Shown here: positions 50,301 through 60,900 of the stretch, piece by piece
Numbering within the stretch: position 1 is the first letter of the stretch
Layout of the letters: every line of letters starts with the position of its first letter
Assembly: GCF_000002075.1 (NCBI RefSeq)
Contig: NW_004797741.1
Location: 500,827-564,826, forward strand
Reading direction: 5' to 3'
From: Aplysia californica
Lineage: Eukaryota
Length of the DNA: 64,000 nt
Program-made: the position numbers and the translations under genes
Notes under the pieces: generated by a model
The model's database searches: none
What the model was told of the DNA's origin: nothing
What the model saw: only the letters and a program-made list of their open reading frames with translations

Positions 50301-53300
50301 ATCTGAGACTCGTAGAACGTGCGCTTTTCACTCAGACTCTTGATGGTGGCCCGGAGACGCATCAGCTCTTGCTTGCGGTTATTTCTGTAGCGACGCTGGT
50401 TGCGAATGTCCTGAGGAGTAGACAAGACAACAAACAAGCATGAGTGCTGCTGACTTTACAGAGCCACCCGTAACAAAAACTATTACTAATTAGAAATCAA
50501 AATCACATACCGTTTCATAATGAAATACAACTAACAGTCCAAGGACACACTCAACAGTCTAAACATGAGACGAGTGACATTTCCGTCTAGCATGATCCTT
50601 TCAAGCTAACATAACACAGTCATAGCACAATTGACAAAGTCATTTATTTCAGGTGTCTAGGTATCGGTACGTTAAAAATGCCAGCTCCTTGTTTCCTTTC
50701 CACAACATAGCAGGGTTTTGTTTTCTTTATTAAAAATCAAATTATTGAGATCACTTTCACTCATCCTCAGGTATTAAGGTCGACTAACTGTCTTTTCAAA
50801 GTTTTCAGCTGGCAACAAAACATGACTTAGGCAACTGTGCTGTGACCATGACAATAAAAAGCACCTTACACTAGTCTACCCTTCAACGACACACACCACA
50901 AAAACAAAAAAAAGATACTGTAAACACCTATATTTCCAGAAGCTCAGGTGCGGTTTGCTCCTTCTATCCCTATACCACACTGCTATTGTCCTAATCTATT
51001 CCTCGCAAAATATGGTCATCATCTTGCTGGCTCACCATAACTACAACTCAAAATTATTATATCAAAAGCCACAGGAATAGACTACACATACCTGCACAAT
51101 GGAGTTGAGCAACGCCTGATATTTGTTTTGTTTGCTCACCATCCCGGCCAACTCCAGGCTTTGGAGGTTGGCTTTCACCTTGGTTTTCATCACCTCAATT
51201 GGCAACCTGTTTCAAGTAAAGAGAAACACATTGCTGCAAGAACGGCTATTTGGTGCAGGGAAAAAGTAAGAAAAATAAATTAAATCAATAGAGGAAGAAG
51301 AAAGATGGAGAGCCTAACAGAGGTGCCCACTAACCACCCACTCGGCAACCCTTAGCAACAATGTTGGAGACAAAGTTTCAGCCCTTTCCAACCTCAAACA
51401 TTTTTATTTTACCAACACAAGAGTCAGACCCATGGCCTCCTTCCAACTTACAAAGCTAAAATGTACCAATCAGGATTGAAATAAGCAAACTTTACAGCAG
51501 GTCAGAACTAGAACACGGCACATGTTTTTTGCCCCCAAATAATAATTTTTATACAACACACAGGTTAAAGCTTATCTACAAATATTCTCCAGGTTTGCAT
51601 GAAATGAGAAGAGTGCTGTACACTCTAAAATAAATCATAAAACACTGAATGCCATCATAGTTTTTTCATAGCAAACTCATTTTTCTTATCTACACATACC
51701 TTAAAAATCCATTAAAATGTCCAGTTCAGAATGCAACTCATTCGAGCGGCTGAACTGGCTGATCGACAACTGACCACCACTGACCTGGTATCCCCTAAGA
51801 TGGAGGCGTGTCTGACAAGCTTCTGGCCCTTGTCCTTCTGCGTCTGTGTGGCCTTCTTGTCGATGAGGTCCCGCTTCTTGACCAGCGCCTGATGCAGCTC
51901 CTCCTGCTGCTGGTTGCACGGAGCGTCCAGCACCAGCACCAGGTTGTCCCCCGGCTGGCAGGCGATCACGTCAACGATCATACGCTTTGTCCTACAGGGT
52001 GGATAAGATAGAGATATGACATCAATGATCATACGCTTTGTCCTACAGGGTGGATAAGATAGAGATATGACATCAATGATCATACGCTTTGTCCTACAGG
52101 GTGGATAAGATAGAGATATGACATCAATGATCATACGCTTTGTCCTACAGGGTGGATAAGATAGAGATATGACATCTACGATCATACGCTTTGTCCTACA
52201 GGGTGGATAAGATAGAGATATGACATCTACGATCATACGCTTTGTCCTACAGGGTGGATAAGATAGAGATATGACATCTACGATCATACGCTTTGTCCTA
52301 CAGGGTGGATAAGATAGAGATATGACATCTACGATCATACGCTTTGTCCTACAGGGTGGATAAGATAGAGATATGACATCTACGATCATACGCTTTGTCC
52401 TACAGGGTGGATAAGATAGAGATATGACATCTACGATCATACGCTTTGTCCTACAGGGTGGATAAGATAGAGATATGACATCTACGATCATACGCTTTGT
52501 CCTACAGGGTGGATAAGATAGAGATATGACATCTACGATCATACGCTTTGTCCTACAGCGTGGATAAGATAGAGATATGACATCTACGATCATACGCTTT
52601 GTCCTACAGGGTGGATAAGATAGAGATATGACATCTACGATCATACGCTTTGTCCTACAGAGTTGAGTAGATAAGTAAGAGATACACGTCAACAATCATA
52701 CGCTTTATTCTACAGGGTTGAGTAGATATGGAAGAGATATCACATGAACGGTCATACACTTTTAGTTTTAGTAGAGGTTTTACGGCTCTCACAACTGCAT
52801 AACATCATATGAGCGCCAGAAGACAAGAGGTGTTACAAGAGAGTAACAAATATAAAAAAGAAGAAGGGGAGATAAGGAAGATAGATTTTTCATAGGAGAG
52901 AAGAAGCAAACCACACCAGAGCACCCGCCAACCTCCCACTCATACACTTTGTCCTACAGAGTAGATAAGGAAGAGATATCAAGTCAACGATCATAAGCTT
53001 TGTCCTACAGGGAAGATAAGGAAGAGAAATCCATTCAACGGCAATTATCATATCTTTTGTCCTACAGACATAAGAAACAGAACAAATAAGGAAGTGATAC
53101 CTCATCAGCATTATAATAATACACTTTGTCCTTCAGAATAGGGAAGAGATACTGCAGTAATGTTAACAATCATACGCTTTATCCTTCAGAATAAGTAAAG
53201 AAGACCAGATGTCAGTCAAAGTTGTAGTCCCCTGATATTCAGGCTCCTTGAGAGGCAGGACCTAGAGATGAAGGAATGCCACATCTAAACTGAAATGAGC

Positions 53301-56300
53301 TTAAGAGAACTACACCGACTCGACTCGAAAACGATCATTTGGCATTGGGGAAAAGACAAGGCACAGAGGTCCAACGAGAGATAGAAAAGAACTAGGGCTT
53401 TCCAGGATCACACTCAAACCACCACCTATTGCATTAGCCCATCTATAAGTAGGGCCTATAAAATATTCAATGAACGACACTCAAAAAGCATGAATTAACC
53501 CCTTGAGCCCTGCCCCACACTGAGTAGAACTTGCCTGTCTTCTCAATAATTTAAATTGAGACAATGGGCGGAAAACATAGGTTATGAGAAAGAAAAAAAA
53601 CAACCCAAAAGCTTTCTAGAAGAACCAGAACAACAGGGCAGCTTTAGCTGTCAACACACTCAGTCCTAAAAAGCGTTCAGGAAGGAAATTCGTAAAAACA
53701 CCTCTAAATCATATATGATAAACAGATGCACTCCAGACAGCTGACGAGTCCCACCTTATAAGCAAAGACTTCATATCTGCTTTGTCATCTGTGTGAACTT
53801 CAAACTTGCTGGACAGCGTCAGAGAGATTTCCGTTTTCGCCATCTGCGAGCGCAGTGCGTCGTTAGCAGCTTCATCACCCGTGAGTTCTGTACCCAGCAG
53901 CTCGTCGATGGTCGGGGCCTCGCCCAGTTCCTCCAGCAGTTCATGGAGGGGATCGCCACCCTCGGGCGCAATTGTGTCTTGATGTTTGAGCAGAAGCTGG
54001 ACACACATAGAAACAGGTTTTTCAAAAAAGTTTTACTAAGTTTTTTTAACGGCACTTGCAACACAATTAGGTCATACAAGTGCCGAAGATTAGAGGCGTT
54101 GCAAGAGAGTAACAAACATAAAAAAGGAGAGATAAGGACCATAGATGTTTGATATGAAAGAAGGAGGAAACCACACCAGAGCACCCGCCAACCCCCCGCA
54201 ACACAGGAATGGGGGAAATTTGACAGAGTTTGACTGAAAGAGAAGCACATTAGTACAATACCAGTCACTGAAAATTGGGGGGGGGGAATAAGACGGACGG
54301 ACGGACAGAAACAACAGAATGAGCAAATCACAGTAATATCATGACACTACAAGGCTGCACACAGAGATTTTCCCAACTAGAACTGAAAAGCACACATTTT
54401 GCTACAGTTCTGCAATACAGTTGTAAAATGAAAACTTCATTGCTACCCAAGTCGGCAGTGACAAGCCTGACCTTGATACCTTATATTTTGCTTCGAGTTT
54501 TTGAGTTATAGTTACATCATACGTTTTATAGCGCTATTGACACAATATGGTACCTGATGTGTATCCACAATCTCCCCCACAGAGATGTACACGACTGGCT
54601 TGGCAATCATGGTGACATCACTGTACTGATCCACATTAAACCGAGCTTCTGGCTCCTCAACATCACACGCTGACAGGCAGTACTTCCTGCGGGGCGAAAA
54701 TATTCACAACTCACATCCGGATCCGATAGAAAATAAATTCAGATGTCTTTTACAAAATGTACAACATGTAGGAACATCACCATTGAAAAAAAGATGAATA
54801 GTTGAAGGAAGAAAAAAAAAAGAGATAAATCTTACAATTTAAATAAAAAATTACCCACATGATTAGGAGACAGATACTAATATTTGCAGTTATAACTCAG
54901 CATGCTGTATTTTCAGATTTCTTAAAAACTTAGTATTCTAGTTATTTGTTAGGCTCTTAGTTACAACTTCACTTTAGAGAGCATGAAGGAAAGAAAAGTC
55001 AAAACCTTTTTACCCCTTACTGCAAGCTCGTACATGGAAGATCTACCCTCCATCTCTGTGTTTACATTGGCAACAAACTGAGAAAGAATTCATAAAATCA
55101 AACTAAAAAAGCTAGCTCAGTATTCTGCCGGAGTTATTTTCATTAGTACTTACAGAACAAATCTATGATGAAATTATATGAATGTCACAAACTCTTACTT
55201 GAATTTTTCATGGGCGTTTCTGATGTAGTCATTCATGCTGGCCAAGTACGCACTCTCTCCCCCAAACTGAGAAAAAGTCAACAAAATTAAGACATTTTAA
55301 TCGCTCACAACACACAGAAACTATTGATACTCTTTCCTTTCGAAGACAACAACTGTAAATTTCAATGACATCAGTTTGACTTGATTTTGGCTAGAATGTC
55401 TTATGACAAAATTTATTCACAGGAAAGAAATGTACAATGGTCAGGAAAAGCAAACAGCATGAGCAGAAAAGCTTTTCTTTCTGCTGTACTGATGGACTGA
55501 TTTTAAAAAATTGAACTAACAACACTCTGTTGATCTCTAAATTTACAGAGAACTGCTGTTTTCCTTCACGGAATGAATGAATGATCATTGCTTATTGGAC
55601 TTGTCCACCACTACACATATAAAATAAGGAGAAAACAGACATCAGTGCTTGAAAATCCTGATATATCCAAATCAACTATGACAAGCCACAGCAGCATTTG
55701 CGTGTACGTGTCTACATATATACGTATATAGAAACATACATACAAACTTCATACCCAAAAATGCCCACACTGCCACACCCACACAAATTAAAAATTTTAG
55801 TTTTTCTTTCCATTGCGTAAGATCTCATTATCTCTGTTTACAGAATTTAAACTAAATGAACTCTATGATAGCGCTATAGACTTTCAAACTACAAAAACAA
55901 GACAACAAACAAGAGAAAGTAAAGTGTAAAAGTCACATCCATTGAAAATGTTAACACCATTCATTCTCGTTCTGCAGACAGCAACTACTCCAAATAATTA
56001 ACTTTTTTTTTAAAAGACAGGAATTTCTCATTACAAAGACGCTTACTCACCCCTTTGTTAGAAGCTGCAAACTGTAATATTTTGGCGATGGAGCCCAGGT
56101 TACGCCTCTGGTCACTGCTGAGAGCTTTCTCCGCCCCGACGTTGATGATGTCAAAAGCATCAGGGGCCACAATGGCCGAGTTGATGTAGCGGTAGTACAG
56201 CAGGTTGCCAACAATCTGTGAACAGATTTGTTTCAGTTTAACTTTATTTTTGTTTTTTTCCCTTCCTTGTGGGGCACTGAATCTAACCACCTTCAACTTT

Positions 56301-57911
56301 AAAAACTCGGAAGGCAATTTCAAAGATACACTGTACACTGGTCTACTTGTAAAATAAACCAACAACATCAATTTAGATTGATATCTATGTATCTTTCAAG
56401 TACAGGCTTTGATGCATTGATGTCCCTTCCACACAAACATATCACAAAGATCACAGAATCACCACAACTCAAAATATCTGTGTAAATCCTACAACCTGGC
56501 ACCTGCCATTCCGACTTAAACTTGGTAGATCCAAATAATAACTTTCCACTTATTTGTCGCACATGACATTTTTTTGCTACGTTAACTTCTAGTACATCTA
56601 TAATGATTCCCTACTTTTTTTTCTCAAATGGCTATTTTATAGATTGCAGTATGATGCATGCCCGCTCATTTAAAGGTAAACAATATTTTCCACCATCTTA
56701 TTACCTATTTTGAGTTCTAACATTGTGAGAATGGTAATTTGTATTTTCAGAAGAAAAAAAAAGGTCTTTCATGGGCATCAGCAAATAAACTAAAAGGCTG
56801 AAACGAAAGTCCCACTTAGGAACCGAACTTAAAAAGCTTTCAAATTCTTTCAAAATCCAACAACTTCATACTGCTGTGATGTCAATGATAAAACTGTTGC
56901 TAAAATTAAGAAAAAATACAGAACAGCCACCTTTAAAACATCTTTTTCTGGTGCATCTGGGAACTTCTTCAACAGGCACTCCCTCATTACTTTGGCCATG
57001 TAACGCATCCCGTACCTGATGGAACAAATGAGAAAATATTCTTTAATTTTGTAGACTAGCCAGATCCACAGTACCTCCAAACATGTAATAGAAAAAGGAC
57101 AGTGTCTCCCTAACACAGAAAAGGTACAGTACAAATTTATCAATAAGACTTTTACAGACTTGTCTTTCTAAACCACATGCATAGAGTTCTTTCTTTTTTA
57201 AAGTAAGTTCTTTGAGTCATATGTGCTGAAAATCATTCACTAATAACTGAAAGACCTTTTCTCGCTAGGCACAATGGCCAACATTTAAAAAAGAAAAAGC
57301 AGCATTCACTAAACAGTTTTATTTGAGAAAACACCAAGCTTATTTTGTCATCACCTCCAATGTGACAAATAAAGTCCCGTTATATCAGATATATAGAATA
57401 CAAATTGTAGAAACATATTCAGCGTCAACCTTTCAACGACAGCAGCACTCCTGTAACATTTTCTACAAATTCAATACTCATTTTGACTACTCTGAAGCTA
57501 CAGATAGTGAACTCACGGGATGCTGTCTAAAGAAGAGAGGATCTTGTTGAGGAAACGATCTGTGACTCCCTGCAGTCGCTTGATAGTTTCTTCTATCTGT
57601 GTACGGACTTCTTCATGTTTAAGGGCTTGTTCCGTTGACACATCATATGGCAGACCGCTGCAACAGCAAGAATAGGAAGCAAGGGTCAACACACACTTTT
57701 ATTCACAAATTCAGATCTCTAAGAATAGACAAGACACATACAAAACAGGAAGTACTATTGGTTAAAAGAAAGGTACACAATTGCTGGAATTTGTAGGTTT
57801 GTTCGTTTCAAGGCTGAAGTGTTTACTTCTAATGTAAAACAGACCACTCAGAAGACCTAGTGTACTTTTTTCTCTGCGTTATTTAATGAGGGAGGGAGGG
57901 AGGGAGGGAGG

Positions 57912-57942
<31 letters not shown>

Positions 57943-60900
57943 CACAACTCATGAGTGTGTGTTAACAGCAAGACCAATAGTCCCCCCACCTGGCTTTGCC
58001 AGTGCTGGACTCTGTCTGGTTGACCCAGGCCTTGTACACCTCCACAGGGTTAGTGTTGATGCGCAGATTTCTGTCCTCGATGACGCTGGTGATCAGAGGA
58101 CTCAGCATCTCCTTCAGGGCATTCTGGCCACGCTGGTTCCTGAACAAACATGAAAACAGACCAAAAATATCACATCAGCGCCAACACAACAAACTGCAGT
58201 GGGTGCTATTCTTTTCTAGATAAACTTTTGATGCATTTTCCAATTGGTTATCTTAGTACCCCTTTCATTGACAAACTTTAAAAGACCACTCTCTACCGCA
58301 TTGAGTTGATTTTGAAAGGTATAAAAGCACAAAAGTTGCATGATAAATAACATTACTTTTCCACAGTTTGGATGTAATGGAAGTTGTTTAATGCAGAGTC
58401 CGCGTTCTAACTGCTGGATTTCACCTTGAACAGATTAAGACGATCAAAAAATTATTTTTTTTAATTTCGAAGGAGCAGACCACAGAACATCTATCAACCA
58501 CTTGCTATTGAATAATGGGCTGTACTTTTAATTCCTTATGCCATAGAACACAGCCATAAAAATTCTATTTCTGACACATGATGGTGAGTTTAAGGTATAC
58601 CTGAAACTAATTTCTGATCACAAAGAGTAAATTTCTTTACTATAAAAAAAACCCCTGTATCTTACACAAATACTTGAGTTCTCTCTCACTCAGATACAAA
58701 TACAGAGACAGACATCTCTCTCTCTCTCCCTCTCCCTCTCTCACTCACACACACACAGAAACACACACCTGTTGAATCCCACTATCATCTTCACTACCAA
58801 TGGATTGCCTGTGACGATGTCTGTCATCTTGTCAACCTTGGAGCTGAGAACAAAAGCGAAAACAGGTCAGTCAAATATAGGTCAGAATCATCAGTTATAA
58901 CAGTCGTCTGAAGATTTGACTCATGCATGAACACAAAATAAAGTATAAGTTAGTACAGAGTCGAGGTGAGTTTGGAAATTTTACGCTCATACGCTTATCT
59001 AAACCCCCACCCCCACCCCAAAAAAAACAATACTAATTTTGATATGATTTCAGTAGACAAAATAACAGGGTCTAACTGGCTTTCTTTTCTTTAACAAAAA
59101 AAAATATTTTGATACAATTTTTGGAGTCAAATTTCATTATCAGAATTTATCTCCCTGATTATCAAACATAACTAAAAGAAGCTATATTAGATTCATATTT
59201 TTAGATTTTTCATATTAAAAAAAAAAGAAATTATGCTAATTTAGTCATATGCTCCTTCATGAAAATATACAATGTATGATTAAAAAAGGAAGAAATCGTA
59301 TGTTATTACATTTTACTATAAAAATTACCATACAGCCTATCCAAAGCTTTGACCTTGATAAATTGTATCATGTATAAATGGTGGTGATAGGAAATTGATT
59401 CCGACTCCTGCATTTAATTTTTTTCATCAAATGATTACGTTTTCATTTTTTTAAAATGTTTTAAAATATTCATCTCTGCAGCGTGAGCACAATACACGAA
59501 CTACACTTTTTACAATAATACAAACCTAATGAATGTCTACCTATTCTCACAGCCATGTCAAGAGATCTCAGCTACATGGGATGTGTTATTATCTTTTTTT
59601 GTTTTTTGTTTTTTCAAATTAATAATTCTTTGGCCAAAAATACACAAAATTTTCAATGCACTGACTACTAAGAACATCTATTGAACATGGAGACAAATGG
59701 AAAAAATTAGTAAGCTTCAAATGCAATGGTTTAGAACAGCCGGGATAAATTCACGAAACTGCTGCATCAGAAATTAAAGTTTACCCGCTGGTGTAGGTAT
59801 CTTAAAAAGCATTTTTGGAAAATAACCGGTTATTTACTGTTTGACTATCATAAATTACAATCTCTTCAAAAAAGGCACCAATGCCATGAGGCGCGTTCTC
59901 TCGCAAAAAACATTTCCATATAGAGAGCGTTAAAGCCATAATTATGAGAACAGTCTATCAAGACAGCAGAGACAATGCACCAACACCACATCAAGCTTGA
60001 CAAACACTTCATGAAACCATCGCTAAGATAAAACAACCAATAAAAACTCTGCCATTGTTGATGACGCTGCTGCTGTAGTTGCAGTTGTATCTGTCACAGC
60101 TGTAAGAGCTAACAGTAAGTTGAGCACTAATTTAATGGCAAGTCAGCACCACAAGGCAACATTTTGCAATGAACATATCATCGCTGCTGCAAGCAAGGCA
60201 GTTAAGTCCAAATTTTGAGAATTTTCCACTTTCACACACTCTCAAAGCTCTATCAAAGATGCACCTTTTAACATCACCAAAATGCAGTTTGATGCTATGG
60301 TCAAGGTTTGCAATTTTCTTGCTTTTCATGATTTTTTTAATGGAAACAACACAACAAAACCAGTTGGGTTTTTTGTCTCTGACATAAAAAGTGCCCAAAC
60401 TGAGTTAAGATTGCTTGAGGCACCGACAATACGAACAATAAAAAGAATTAAAAGAGTATATCACATCTGAGCTCTAACATGGCGCCAAGGGCACGCAGCC
60501 CACTCCTTCACATGCCCAACAGATTATTCTCAGAATCACAGGATGCATATTTCAAAGAAGAAAAATAGAGACAATGGCATAGTCTCTACAGCAAGGCACA
60601 AGCCAGTAAACGAGAAGAGACACAGGAAAGACTCAAAGAATCAGAACACCAGCAGTTCCTGCCACAACTCTTAGAACAGCATCAACAGGAGAAATGCACA
60701 TAGCCCGATCTGAGAGAAAAAAAAAGTGTTATTTGCTTTTTTTTTCTCTTCTTTTTTTTTTAAGCTCGAAAAGGGGAGGGGGGGAGGGGGTGTTAACACA
60801 TCAAACTGGACACATGTCATGGAGACAGAGAGGCACTCAGACAAGTGGTAGAAGTAATGAGGAAGAAAGGAAAGGAGGCAGAAAAGATACACAAAACAAG

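Noticed and set aside
51712-52695. 327-aa ORF as a standalone repeat-protein gene or CRISPR array
   Set aside because: It is the IQGAP exon plus in-frame duplicated splice junctions. There are no spacers and the start is not a credible ATG context.
3328-54331. Recurrent short ORFs such as [20 protein letters not shown] and WLAGALVW
   Set aside because: Different frames of the non-coding family A retroposon, with frames not conserved between copies.
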